Part shown: positions 1-14,427 of the stretch, one piece after another
Numbering within the stretch: position 1 is the stretch's first letter
Layout of the letters: every line of letters starts with the position of its first letter
NCBI RefSeq assembly: GCF_008831285.2
Contig: NC_045138.2
Coordinates: 17,794,001 to 17,858,000, forward strand
Length of the DNA stretch: 64,000 nucleotides
DNA from: Nymphaea colorata
Lineage: Eukaryota
Direction: 5' to 3'
Made by a program: the position numbers and the translations under genes
The notes under the pieces: model-generated
The model's input: the letters and a program-made list of their open reading frames with translations, nothing else
What the model was told of the DNA's origin: nothing
The model's database searches: none

Positions 1-1659
1 GCGACGAGCATAAGAGTATCGTTCACTGAAGCCCCGACCCCTTCTAATACGTTTGGGAGAGCCATCAGGGGAAGCACTTCTTGACAAACTGCGTCGATGG
101 TTTGAAGGTGTAGGAGCCTTCCTCACAGGGCTCCTGGTCCTCACTGGACTTCTTGAATAGCTCCTGCGATTCCCCCGACTGGCAGGTCTGACTGGACTCC
201 TACTCACACTTCGTGGGGGTGGGCTCTTACTGGGACTTCTTCGGGGACTCAAGCTGGGACTAGGACTCTTGCTTACGCTCCTCGGACTCATGCTTCGACC
301 TCTTCTTGGACTAGGCGATCGGCTCCTGTATCACTAGAGAAGTTAGCCAACAGTAACTCTATGGCAAGCATGAGAATGTCACAAACAACCCAAGGGACTG
401 GACCTTGATTTGCTAGAGTCATCATCGGAATTAGAATGCCTATCAATAACTTTATCTGACTTGACTTCCAATTTGTCATCCGCAGCATTCCCATTATCTG
501 GAAGTTCACCATTCTCTCGGGAAAATTCTCCCTCCTCCTGCGAAACATTCTCCTGTATAACCTTGGCTTCTTCTTTCTTTTGGTGTTCATCCACTGGTTG
601 TCTATCCCCAGGTGAGAGGGGCTCCTTACCTACCAAAGAAAAAGTAGTCATTGTGGCACCGGTTAACACTTCCGAATAAATCCAGTCATCATATGTAAAA
701 GGATTCTATTTCAAGTATTAATATGAAGTTCAAATAGAAGTCACGTACATTCAATCAACATCACAGAAAACGATAAGTGCACAATAAATACAAAATACAG
801 AAACTTTATACGTGAACATAAGACTCACAATTACTACCATTCATTGCAATAGGAAAAGAAAATACATAAAGCCAAACTGGATGAACAGCCAATGCAAAGC
901 ACAGAACCACATATACATCAGACAATCACATGATCACTTAAGCACTGACATCTTAATCGTATATCTGTCTCCTATCTAGCTTCTTTCCTTCAGAAAAAAG
1001 GCACAGTTTATGCACAACATTGAGAAAGATTATCGCTTCACTGGACACCTTTTACTTAAACAAGCTGCGGATCAGAGGACCTAACATTAGCAAGACACTC
1101 CCAACTCTTGTCAGATTGAGAATCCAATTCAATTAAGTTGCAACTTGACTTAACCCAGACAACCTATTTGAATACATAACTCAGTTCTTCCAAGAACCGA
1201 GCATCAACAAATATCGAGGAACAGCAACTTCAAAGCCAAAAATTGTATGTGTTAGATGAAAAATTAAGGACAGGATCTCAATCAGATAATGGTAAAGAAA
1301 GGGAAACAAGAAAACAGCCAGTTGACTAATTTACATTTCAGTAATTGAACCAACGTTACTGAACAATGATAGCGTAAAAGGTCCCCACGTCTTAAGACTC
1401 TAAAAACTAAAATCTGATTTTCATGTGCTCATTTTACGAAGCTTCCTTAGAGTCTTAGACCACCACAAACTTATGTCACGCTTGTTTATACAAGCACCAG
1501 GACGCACATTCCACACCCATTTACTATCCTGCTCAACTTGTTTTAAAAAGAGTATGATCTGCTTTTTTGCTTAACTCAGCTTCTTTCAACCTCCACAACA
1601 GTACAAGCATTCTCCAGCCCGATGCCAAAACTACCACCAAATTTCTCTCTCTTTCTCTT

Positions 1660-1705
<46 letters not shown>

Positions 1706-4700
1706 ACACACACAAACACAACAGGTCCAACACATTCACCCATTAGCCATCTAAGCTTCTCTCTTGTCCTTCTCCAACAAGGTACCTCCTCCACATAGTA
1801 CCACCAATCAACTGCCACCGAACATGATCTGTTCCAACATATATATTAAGGGGAAAAAAACTCATGCTAAAAAGCATTGCCATCCCAACGACCAATTATC
1901 TTTGGTTAGTAAAAAAGTTCAACCACAAAAAGTTTTAGCTTATGCTCTTAAACAATAAATAGTAATCTCAGACTACAAAAGAATATACCATGAACATGAG
2001 GTGAATCCACAGGGCGTGATACAGCCTTGGCCTTTTTAGCAGGACCCCGTCCATCTGCTTCATTGTCTGTACTCCTTTCACCACTACTGTCACTATCTGA
2101 ATCAGTTTCACTCTCTGAGCTCCTGCAAGCAGCATTAATGATGAATAAATCTCCATTTGTAAGAAATTATGAATAGCCCAAAACATGTCAAACAGAAGAA
2201 AAGCATATACCGCCTTGACTTGCGTTTTGACCTTCTATCACGCCGCCTTCTACGTCTCTCACGACGCTTGTCCCTCCTTCTTTTCTCGCGCCTACGCCTA
2301 TCTCTTTTTGAAGACTTCTTCCTCCTCCTGCGCCTATCATCACTGGAAGTGCTAATATCTGATGAAGATGTGTATGAATCAGTTTCACTGTCTGAAGAAT
2401 ATGAGTCAGAATCACTATCATCAGAACTATATGAGTCAGAAGAATAGTGTCTTCTCCTCCTCTTCTTTCGTTTTTCTCTGTAAGACCTTCTACGCTTTCC
2501 CCTTCCTTTTTCTTCATAACTATCATCTTCAGAGGAAGAATACTTGGCACCTTTCGACTTTTTTAATTTTTTCTTTTCTGCAGAAACATTAAAAGATCAG
2601 GATCATGATAATGGCAATAAAAGCTTAACGAGGATCTGTAGCAACAGCACCTTGGGCATCTTCCGAGAATTCACCACAATTAACTATTTCTACAGGCATA
2701 GATGGTCTTCCTTGAACAGTAGCAACATTTTCAATTTTCTTCAAAACATCCATTCCTTGCAAAAGCTTCCCAAATACTACGTGTTTACTGCAAGCAGAAT
2801 ACCATGAAATGAAATCAATAAAATCACGACAGGAAAAAAAAAAAGCCCAATGTACAGAATCCAAAGCGTAATTTTGTCTCCAGAGAATAAGATGTGGAAG
2901 CATACGAGGCAGACAGCAGTTAAATATAAAAAAATCTTAGTGAAACGACAAAACAGGTAATAAACCATAGAAAAGGTAAGACAAGAAAACTACCCATCAA
3001 GGTGATGTGCAGATTTGAAAGTGATAAAAAATTGAGACCCATTTGTATCTCGACCAGCATTTGCCATTGATAATAAACCACGTCCATCATGCTGCAGCTT
3101 GAAGTTCTCATCTGAAGGAACAGGAATAACACACATCAAGGATTAAGTGACAAACACATCAAGAGTACAGGAATACACAGATGACAGACCTGCAAATTTC
3201 CCTCCGTAAATGCTCTCTCCACCAGTTCCTGCAGCACAAAGAAGTATGTCTCATATAACTCCATATAACTTAATACGATTATTTATAACTATGCCACTAA
3301 AAAAATAAATGGTTTGACCATTTATATGTCAGTTCCCAGCTAACAATTAGCCACATAGCAAACAGAACAATCACAGAGGTTTTCCATGTACCCACTGTCA
3401 GACATATTATTCTCAGGTTTTTGCAGACAAGCCATTCTTACGTATTAACAGGAGAAACTTATACCATAAACACACATTGTCACAAAAGCATTAACCAGAA
3501 AGTTCGATTTGTCAAGAAAATTTCAGGAATTCAATTACAAAATATACAAAAAAAATTATGGAGAAAGCTAACAATTGCTAGAAAACAAAAATTGTTTAAT
3601 ATTAAAAGGATCGACAACAAAAAATTTTAAAATATAATAAAATGATCCTTTCAAGGATTCACAAAAAATGTTAGAATAAAATAATGTCGATAATGTTTCA
3701 GAATATTGTGTTTTTCCACATCTTTTTTGTTTTCCTTATTTTTCCACTATCAATTCAATAATTTGGGGAAAAAGAAAAACCACTAACTGCCACAATCTCC
3801 ACCAAGAACTTAATGATTCTATATTGATTTAAAGTTTGAACCAGATCCCAATAACAGACAGGATGCTCCATAAATCAAGTAATCCAGATGCAACACAATC
3901 ATTCTAGAAAGAGAGCACAGGGTGCAACGAGTATTCGTCTTGCTTAGCAAAATTGTTATTTCATTGAGTTTTAGTAAAAAAAGAATATGGATAGAATGTT
4001 TTGATGCATATAACACTCTATCAAAGCTACTACTCAGCAGATGACTTGAAACAAAGAAACGGCATCTAGAAGTAGTAACATTGTACTGCATGAGCAAGAG
4101 TACAAAGCTATATAAAGAACGCACCATCTCGCTTCGAGAAATCACCACCCTGCATAAAAGGTAATGGTATCTGTTAAAAAGTGTCAAAAGGCAGAAAGCT
4201 GCAGAAACAGTAACAGAAACAATAACCACGTACATGCGTCTTCTACATCAATAAACTAACAACTATATGGACCACCAGTAACAAAAAACACCAGAGACAC
4301 TTATCCACAGTAGCTGAAATAAAAGCACAAGGTACATGAAGAATCAACCCTAACAATGCTTGAGAAAATATAAGTTCAGTAACTTACTTGGGCCATAAAT
4401 CCTTTAATGATACGATGAAAAATAGATCCTTTGTAGTGTAATGGCTTTCGAGTGGAAGGTCCAATACCCTTCTCACCTGTGAAAATGACATGTTAACCTC
4501 TTAAATGAGATATCCTCTACACAAGCAAGTATGCAGAAATATTTCTCTTTGCAAAAAGGTTTACAAAGACAGTTCCCAGAAGTGTTATTTCAATATTTGT
4601 CACTAGCCAATTCAGACCTACCAGTACAAAGTGCACGAAAATTTTCTGCAGTCTTCGGAACAACATCTGAGAAAAGCTGTAGACACCAGAACAATGTCAT

Positions 4701-4884
4701 TGTCTTGTATCATAGTACTATAGTTGGAAAAGAGAAGGAGAGGAAAGAATACGGATTGGGAGCTCAAATTAAGATATCAAAGAGTAGCTGTTATTTGCAA
4801 ACACACCTCAAACACCATTTTCTCTGGAGGATCTCCACCAACAGATACATCAAGAAATACAAGAGGATTCTTCTTTTTAGCCAT
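1..4884 (-). CDS. CYP95: SR/RS-domain peptidyl-prolyl cis-trans isomerase (CYP95/CYP63-type nuclear cyclophilin); 3' end runs off the window
   Basis: Phase-consistent GT-AG exons (minus): 4884-4807, 4676-4622, 4476-4388, 4149-4125, 3228-3190, 3111-2994, 2787-2630, 2577-2211, 2122-1989, 629-404, 324-<1. Translation [50 protein letters not shown]...[15 protein letters not shown]...[18 protein letters not shown]...HLDGKHVVFG is a cyclophilin domain. It is followed by K/R/S/D-rich and RS/SP repeats including [27 protein letters not shown]95 rather than CYP63 rests on recalled N-terminal residues (MVFELF, GEKGIGP, KLLQG). Confidence 0.92.
1644..1703. repeat. (CT)n/(AG)n microsatellite in a cyclophilin intron
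   Basis: Direct reading of the sequence. Confidence 0.95.
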
Positions 4885-7093
4885 CTTGGCTAGGTCTGTA
4901 GGAGATTCACACTGAGACACACCAAGCACTAAGTAAAGCAATTAAAGTTATACACAATACAATACCAACACAAAAACAAACAGATGTAATCACAACAATC
5001 AAGAAATAAATAACTAATGAACTTGAGGGAAATGACTGGAGCATTGAAACTATAATGCTACTTTACGCTGTTCAAAACCAATAGAAAATTCACTTAATGA
5101 AGTAATCACACAAAAATCATATACATCTTCAGCAAATGAACTTCACCTATCGATAATAACTCCAGTATCACTAGCATCTTACACAAATGTTATCAGATCA
5201 TTAACTCAAAATTTCAGAAGTAAAAGCCAATAGCTTTCACTGAGCCAACAATTGTTTCGCTTAGTTGGTAGAACGAAATTTTGAATATTTTGGAACATTG
5301 CGGTGGAAGCTACCAATGCATCCAATAAGGTAAGATTCAGTATACATGTTCTAACAGGTAATGAAAGCTTCAACTTGCTAACACCCAGACCATAGGTCAG
5401 CTGGACCGTTCTCACAACCTATAAAACCATGTGAAGCTATAGGCTTTCCAGTGAACAAGCTCAGAAACTGTTAGATGCTACCCCCCACCCAGACATAGCA
5501 CAGAAATCTGTGTAAACTGGAGTATCCATATGCTTAGAAGGCATTCAAAACTTTCGACTATATCTCCATGAAGAGCGTCAGGAATGAACATTCAGTAGGA
5601 GGTTTCCAGGAGGGCTACAATTTGTGGCTAATTACTTACCCCAAGCCCCAAGGCACTCCATGCAAATCAAACTAAAGATATGCAGTACATAGGCTTCTCG
5701 TGATACCCACCCAAATGCCTCACAAGTCACAAGCATCAAAGGTAGTATCATGTTTGTCACACGTACAAGCAACAACATTGAGCCACCAGTTTACCTCTAT
5801 ATCACACAAAGTTCACATACTAGATGATTTTATTAATGATTTATAACAACATATCCATGAACATTCACCTCATATAATGAAAGATGACAAAAGCAAAAAG
5901 ATATTCCAGATAAAGAAACAACCACAGAGGAGCATCAGAAACCAAAAGAAAAAGCATAACATACTTAACAGCTGAGACACATTGCAGTCAGTTAGGGATC
6001 ACTGTACCAGCCCTCAGCTCTTAGTTAATTGATGCATTTTAGTGATCAACTAATCATTGATGTCGCATGGTGAATTGGTCAAACAAAAGAACACATACCA
6101 CTGCCAACTTGTGTCACAACCAAATTTTGCCTTCATGTAAAGCTTCTTACAAGTTACGACACGTACATGAAGTCACAAATCCTAGATCCTAAAAGACTAT
6201 ACAGCAGCAAACATATACAATACTACTATGAGCAATCTTCATGGTATGGATAGTTTGGCCCAAAAAACAAATTGCAGCTTACGCAAGGATCAGAAACACA
6301 GTGCAGAGTTGCGGGAGGTCCTTAGGTTCATAAAACGCTTCTACATGAGGCCATAGCCTAGACAAGTCAATACACGACAATGCTTCTCCCCCACTACTTC
6401 ACAGTTCACACCACTTAAGAACAAAAAATCCTTTTACGCTCAAAAGAGGAAAGGGACACAGCCAAGTAACAACCACAAATATGTCCTTTAACGTTCCTTC
6501 ATTCACCATACGAACACTATCAGAAGACCGATATTTCACGAATTTTCAACCAACACTTCTCTTCCCATGATCTTTGTCGTCACTCAAAAAACAAAAACCA
6601 ACAAAAAGAAAGAAACATAAAAAGCAAAATACAGAACGAAATAAGGTTTGTCCAACTGCAAAAGTGTCAATAGACGTGCCCGTAAGCAAAAATAAAAGCA
6701 GCGTCGATAAAGAAAGAAAAGCATAACCACTACATAATCAACACAGGAGATCCTCTCATTCAAGAAGATACTCAGAGAAACCGGCAAAATGGAGAAGGCG
6801 GAAATGCAGATGCCTAAATCCTAAAAAGTAATACCACAAAACCTCTAGCTCTTGCACACAGACAAACAAACACACACGCGCGCGCGCGCGCACACAGAGA
6901 CGAAGAAAAAGAGCATCGATCATCAGCAAATGCAAAACGGAAACAAGAACGAAATCGCATGAACAGAAGCCCAAATCCGAGGAGCTCGTCCGGGAATCCG
7001 AAGCAGCTCGGAGAAACAAAAAGAGAATGCAAACACGGAGCTCAGAGAGCAAATCCAGAGAAGAACAAGTTAGGGTTCCGGGCGGCAACTTAC

Positions 7094-7210
7094 GAGGATT
7101 CAACGGCGCGGACGACGGCAGAGGCAGATCGAGAGACTTTCCTTAGGGTTTCGGGAATCTCCCTCCCCACCACGGTGGCGAAGGAGAGGAACAAAACCTA
7201 ACAAAAACCC
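7094..7210 (-). promoter_or_regulatory. Probable non-coding first exon / core promoter of the cyclophilin gene, with telo-box
   Basis: GC-rich block ending in a GTAAGT donor at 7093. It pairs with an acceptor at 4896 just upstream of the ATG, giving a ~2.2-kb 5'UTR intron. Telo-box AAACCCTAA on the minus strand near 7143-7151. TSS position is approximate. Confidence 0.55.
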
Positions 7211-8934
7211 CAACTCTGGAACCCTCTCATCCCCGGAAATAAAAACGGACACGAAAAAAAAAATGCGGCCAAATAAGGTCTGGGAAATAAAAAGGACCTC
7301 CTATTTATTCTGCCGTGTTGAAAGGCATACGCTGATGGGGTGCATGAGTGATGTGTAAAAGTCAAGCCCCTTTCTTATCTTGCGCCACGTAGGAGAAAAC
7401 AATACGTGGCAATATCATATAGCGGGTCTTTTTCTGAAGCCCACCATATTCGCGATAAATATTTTTCCTTCCCGAATTCACCATCACCGCCAGTGACTTG
7501 CTCCATGCACCACACCATGCGACACGAGTCTAGGGTAAGCGCCAGCCTCCCGATACGATTTGATCCGTATCAGTGTTGTCAATACCTTCCGTCTCGTCTC
7601 ATCCGCATGGAATCCGAAACGATAGCAGCCAAAATGGGTAGTCCATTAATTCTCATTTTTTATTATTTTAAAATACTTTTAAGAATTTGTTTGAATGTAA
7701 AAAAAAAGAAAATAACTAATATTGGTTGATACGGGTTGTTAATATTGTGTCGGCCCGCAAACCAATTCATTTCAGGAAAATTCAGTGGCAGAAAAAAATT
7801 TTTGAAGGGACACTCGTTCACATATTTATATTTTTATATCTAAAGGTAACATAACAAATATTTGATAATGTAAATATACAAATAAAAATTTAAAAAAAAA
7901 AAAAACATTGAACAGCCCGTTACAAAATTTGTTTATGCGAGGCTGCCAATTCAGTGAATCGGCCAGAAAAGTTAGACAAGTCATTAAAAATTAATGTTAA
8001 AACAGCTAAAATGATAAACTTTTAAAATATATTTAAAGCATTCAAAAGTGAACATGCACTTTTGAATCAGCAGCAGGAATCGAATCGGATGCTTCGGGCT
8101 GATTCCGATAACACTGGACTTGAAGCGCATTGTTTCCGCACACCTTACTGTTGTATGGACCGGTACCTGGTGCTCATCCGATACGAAAATGGGTCGGAAT
8201 GGCATAAATTGCCCGACCCAACCCAAATAATGAGGAAAAAACAATTTTTTTTATATCTCACTACAAAAACTATTTTAGAATTAACGATTTAAACTGAAAC
8301 GCATTAATCCGTTAAGCATCATAACGAACTTAAAAAGGTTTTTACAATCGCTAGAAATTTTTTTGTTTGAGACGCTAAATATATAGTTAACAAATTTTCA
8401 ATTAACCATAAAACAACAACCAGAATGTCGTTGTGCTACCTTATATAATTGGACTCAAGTTCACCTAAGTTTGAACGCTTAGTTTCAAAGAATAATACCA
8501 TCTCCATGCAATTACCATGAACAAAATACACAGCAAAATTCGAGTATCATTTTCAAGTCGAATTATTTGTATCAAGAGCTCTCTTTGTTTTTTTATTTAC
8601 ACTTCTAAGTTTTCATGATCCATCATTATGAATAAAAGGATGCATGACTAAATATGCATGTGATTAGCTATAAATAGGTCACTTAGAAGATGCATGCCTA
8701 AAAAAATGGTATATTTATAACAAAATGACCAACAAAAATATACTTATGTCTCCTAGAAACATTACTTCCTTGGTGAGAACTTACTAAGTGGTGAAACGTG
8801 TCCATGAATTAATAACCTCTCTTAACTATAAAAACATATTTCAGTTAAACCACCATGACCATATACTATACCAATATCAAACATATATCCCAATTGTTGG
8901 AATTATACGTTGCAACACATTCAATTTACGCAAC

Positions 8935-9040
<106 letters not shown>

Positions 9041-9169
9041 TGTTAATCCTTCATATTACCAGGCAAAAAGATAATGATTAATTTATTAAACCAATAGTAT
9101 AGATGGTCCTAAACATAGTTTTCATGTCACACATCATGCTTTAATTACATGTTTTTTTAATAAAATCAT

Positions 9170-9216
<47 letters not shown>

Positions 9217-10305
9217 CTTGTCAAATTTGATTCATTGCAAGTGGTTAGTTACAAAAACATTGGAAACACTAACAAGAGAGAGAGAATCACTAGTGAAAGG
9301 CCGATGGCGACCAATTGAGATTTTAATATTCTCCGGTGAGGATAAATTGTTTAGCAGGTTTTACCACATCCTTCGTTTTTAGCATTTCACGAATTTATGT
9401 TTGCTGTAGTTTACAATGCTGATATCACATGTACGTTCAAAATATTACGAATTCACAAAAAAAATCATAAATTTAGACGTGCAAATAAGATTTTATACCA
9501 CTTACATCAGTCTGATTTTTTTTTTTGTTGTTGTTTCTGCAACTCATCTAACATAGTCGAAATGAAACATTACCTTTATGTAAATTTCTATGTTTTTAAA
9601 TATTAAATATAAAGGGTGTGATATATGTCTTGACAACATGTTGTTTCAAGTGTGAGGGAAGCTTGTCCGAAGGGCGTAGTGTACCTAGCAGAGTTGGCAG
9701 GTAGATAATAGTTTGATTGTTTGTTTGATTCTCGTAGACGTTACTATTCTATACTATAAACAATAGCAGTATGACACTTTAGTTGATAGGTATACCATAG
9801 TACATTGACATCCCAAAACAGCTTTGTGGATGGCAAGGATGAGAAGAATACAGAGAGCTCGCTTCCCCGCCCAAAGTGCGATGGAAACTTGACAAAGAAG
9901 TACATCTTACGTCCATGTGTATGTTTTTTCATTTATTTATATGTACAGAACTTTATGATTCCTAATCTTAAACATCAATTAGAGCCGCGAGGGAAGACGT
10001 GGACACCTTTTTTTTTTTTAATTATGGGGGAGGTGATTAGCAAAGTTATTTCATTAATAATCTTATTCTATGCCATAGTTTTCATGATTTTTGACCCATC
10101 AAGTTTGCTGCATAGTGACTCGTTAGGTCAATTTCCATGCCTCCGCACGTCCTTCTTACTTATTGATAATGAAATGATATTGCACCCCATGGGGCATTAA
10201 TGCTTGTTAAATAAGTCGTACGAATCACATTGATCAAATTATTTTGGCCAGCCAATCAGACGATTAATAAAATTGTTGGCAAGAAGCATTAGATAAATAT
10301 TTAAA

Positions 10306-10400
<95 letters not shown>

Positions 10401-10997
10401 TACTAATGTTAGGAAAATAACTGGTAGTTTATACTGAAGAAGCATATGTGTAGTGAATGAGTAGTTGGCATTCTTGGTCCTGAATGCCTTTAATTGATTG
10501 TGAGAGTGTAACAACTTGATCTTAACAAAACTAAGTTAAGGGCTAAAATAATTCACTCTATTGCTGTCTTCATTTAATATTCATTGTTGTTCAACTTCAA
10601 ACTATGTATACACAAGTCTGCCCAAAAATTAGTCCACATAAATTAAACATTGAAGTTTGCTGATGAACGAGGAAGAAGTCCCCCCTTTCTCTCTCCAGAT
10701 ATTTGAATTATTCAAGTTTCATATACAATTTTTATAAAATATCATTTTGTCACTCCTAAAGTGTGAAAAAGCAATAGTTTCACCCTTTGTATATAACTTT
10801 TTTGGGCTCTAGTGCCCATGAAGCAATTATATCATTTTTTAGGGGCTGAATCAAAAGGAGTGTGAAAGAATAGAACACTTTCTATGGTATACCGTTAACA
10901 TGCCACAACATGTTGTTACCTTTTATTAGAGTGGCATTTTGGTAGTTTTCTAGTATGATATTTTTTCAAGTTTTAGGAGAAATGGTCCAAACTTATG

Positions 10998-11181
10998 TTT
11001 TTTTTTTCGTCATTGAGGTGCGTGGCTGTTTCGGAACCTCAAAGGGAAAGCATAATACTCATCAACTAAACATCGTGCACCGACCTTTTACAGTCTAAGA
11101 GAGTAGCAGAGACACGCGACTTGAACTCATGATCAGTCTTTCATTGTTCTATCAGTTCGACCAACTATACTATACCCCTTC
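10998..11181 (-). mobile_element. tRNA-derived SINE candidate
   Basis: Minus strand reads GAAGGGGTATAGTATAGTTGGT (A-box-like) ... GAGTTCAAGTC (B-box-like, 11118-11128) ... and ends in an A10 tail (poly-T at 10998-11007). No TSD found. Confidence 0.55.
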
Positions 11182-11569
11182 AAACAAAAACAAGAAATTC
11201 TTTCATCATGAGAACGTTTTTATAAATATATATTGACAAAGCAGAAATCCATATTCTGTAGAGGGATGAAATATTTTACTCGTTTTTCAAAAATTCATTT
11301 TGAAACGTGAATATGAGTTTAAAATAAGATCAACTGCTAACATCCAAGTTCATGGCATATATTTTTTTTTAATTTAAAATATTCAAAAGTTTTGAGCCAC
11401 TCAATCATTTACATATGACATCCGTATATGGTCGGACATAAATTTAAAAAGCAAGACATATACTGAAAATGCTTACTCAAATAAGAGCATTTTCAAACTG
11501 CATCTTTTAAGGATGCCAAATTTCTTAATATTCTTTAAACCGATATATTAAAGTATGCCATTGATCTAA

Positions 11570-11920
11570 GTCTGTGCATCGGGCTGACCCGACCCAACTC
11601 GATAAAGAGCCAGGCTCAGGTTTGTCCCAATACCAAAAACTTGGGCTTGGGCTCGGCCCGACCATTAAAACCCAAACCAGAGTTTGAGCCCAGCCCGATT
11701 AAATTAAAAAAATATATTTTTAATATAAAATAATATATAAATATAATTAATCATAATTAAATATTATATATATTAATAAAATAAATATTAAAAAATTATT
11801 GTGCTCACTCAAGCTTATCGAGCTCACCCGGGCCCGCCCGATGTCTTTTTTCTGGCCCAGACCTGAGCTTGAATCAGACCGAGTAACAGGTACTCAGCAG
11901 CGGCCTAATCGGGTGCCCAT
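11570..11920 (+). mobile_element. Non-autonomous DNA transposon/MITE (hAT-like CCCGA/GGGC subterminal repeats, AT-rich core), copy 1
   Basis: GC-rich arms with repeated CCCGA/GCCCG motifs flank an AT-only core. It aligns by eye with the reverse complement of 14428-14743 (e.g. TTAAAACCC...AGCCCGA...TTAAATT). Confidence 0.65.
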
Positions 11921-13256
11921 GCTTACCTTGATCCCCATGCTTACCTTGATCCATGATGTGGTGGATATTGAAAATAAACAAGAACGGTGATGATTCTTGC
12001 TTCTCTAATATATTTATTTAATTTAATAACACCATAATTAAGCCGGTTTTAGTTGAGTACATGTCATCATCTGATGAGAAGAAAAACATTGAAGGTTGAA
12101 TAGAGAGTGAAACTAACGGCAGAGTTGAAAAAATTAGAAATGGCCTTTTCATCTGGGCCGTTGGGTTTATAGCGATCCAACGTCGGCAGAGGAGATTCTA
12201 TTTTTGTCTGGAAATTAGAAGCGTCATACAGTCCCAACTGCCAAAAACGAAACATTAATGATGTGAAATTTTCAAAACCTCACGTTTGGGAACTCGATAA
12301 AATACATGGAACTATTTTATATTGTGAAAAACACACTAATTTTCTCGACAATTAACTTTAAAATGGATTGGACCCAAGAAATGTAGTGCAATAGAGTTGC
12401 TCATATTCAGGGATCTAAAGTTTGAATTATATGGTTATTGTAATTATACGAGATTCAAATAGTAGCAAGCGTGACATTCAAGTTGAAATATGTACTGTGA
12501 TCAAAGCTTCAAAATAAGATAGAATATAAGGTATGATCTTATATAGTCTTGACGGTTTTATGCTGAAAGCGATTTACCCTAATTAAACATTTAAAAAAAA
12601 CTTTAAAATTGATGATTTTTTCTATTAAAAATGTTGTTTTGTCATTAAAAAGACACGATAATCATTTGTAACTTAATTTGTGCACATTCTAGGTCTCTCT
12701 TACATAATTTTCTGGCTTAATAAGAAAAAAAAGCATCGTTCCATCGGCTTTTGATGACATAGTTAAACATACACTAACATTGCTAGTGAGAAATAAATAG
12801 GCTAATACAAAATTGTGAACATAATTCTTTTTATATTGACGGCGTTTGATCATTTTTTTTTAATCTAGCACTTAATTGGCAGCAACATGACCCGACCTTA
12901 GTTATATATGTTTTAATAATGTTGAAAAATTAAGTGTGCTTTTTTATGATAGCCAAATCCTTAGATATGTCTTTGGAAAAATAATCCAATGGTTTACAAA
13001 AGCCAAACTTGAGGTTGGCAAGTTCAGCTCATAATTTCGCATCTAAATCCACATGGCATTTGCCTATAATGTAGCCAGGTGGCCTTGGTTACTTGATGCC
13101 TTTTACAGACAATATCTAGATAAAAAGACCTCTCTCTCTTTCTCTCTCTAAATAAATAAATAAATAAATATATATATATATAATCAAATTTATAATAAGT
13201 TTAAACACCATAACCAACCTTCCAGCAACTGTAACAATTCAAGAATATGCAATAGG

Positions 13257-13302
<46 letters not shown>

Positions 13303-13761
13303 GCTCACAACAAAATAAAGAGGATTTTCAGTCATTTAACATATTATATCAGCTCAAAAACAGGTCGCTTTCCATGTTGAGTGGGTTATACTTGAAATTA
13401 TGTTCCCTAGGCTAGTAATCATTCGCTTCTTCTTTGTAGACTCCAAAGAATGCGAAGAGGAATCATATTCAGTCACCTCTACTTATATTATATGAGCTGA
13501 AAAATAACTTGCTTTCCATGTTGAGTGGTCATTTGCTCTTGCTTCAGGACTCCAAGGAGTGTTAAGAGAAATAATATTCCTTCATCTCTAATTTCTATAT
13601 TCTAAGGAGTATTAAGAGGTTTAAACAACTTATATACCTCTAATTTCTAGACTCCAGAAGGGAATTAAGAGACATAACATCTATACAACTTCCAAGAAGT
13701 TTTCAAGAGGTTTAGACTTCGTTCAATGTGCCGCTCGATGATCTCACAAATAGTTGGGTTT

Positions 13762-13899
13762 CAGGGGGCAGAGCAAAAAATTTTTCTAAATAGGGTTCGA
13801 ATTAAAGTTTTTAAATTTTGACAAGGGCCAAAATATCATTTTTTTTTTAATTTGAGGTGTAGTCAGGGACCATGCGGGCCCCCCTTGGCTCTGCTCCTG
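13762..13899. mobile_element. Small MITE (CAGGGGCRGAGCCA-type TIR)
   Basis: Termini CAGGGGGCAGAGCAA ... TTGGCTCTGCTCCTG. Imperfect 8-bp flanks TTGGGTTT / CTGGGTTC. Related relics near 7785, 27277, 29360, 46850 and 56214-56409. Confidence 0.6.
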
Positions 13900-14427
13900 C
13901 TGGGTTCTGATTCGATCTGGGTCGACACTAGACGGAGTCATTCTTGTCTACACCGTTGTGGTTGTAAACTTTTCGCCATAGCTGTATCCATTAGGTTCAA
14001 ATTAGCAAATCCAAATCTGGTTTAGTCATAAACAAGCATAAGCATAAAATGGGTCCAGATTGGTGTTTGATTGATCGGATTGGGTTATGTCGAAACCTGT
14101 GAACTGCTGGCGCTAGTTTAGAACTTCGATAACCATGAATCGATCCAACATTAATCGGGTTTAGATTTTGGATCCAACCTGGACTCGCAAGTCGAATAAA
14201 ACGGCATCGGGGTCAGGTCCGTTCGATTCGATTTTTCGATGGCCTGGCTGAACCCGACTCGTATCGATATCAGCAGCATGTCACTTTGCTGGACCAATGA
14301 AACTTACCGGGCAGCCGATATTTCTTATTTTCTATGTTTAAAAAGAAAGTAGAAATCAAAATGATTGGGAAATTTTAACTTTGCAAAATTTTTATCGGCC
14401 CATTTGTTTTGCTCATAGGACAGATAA

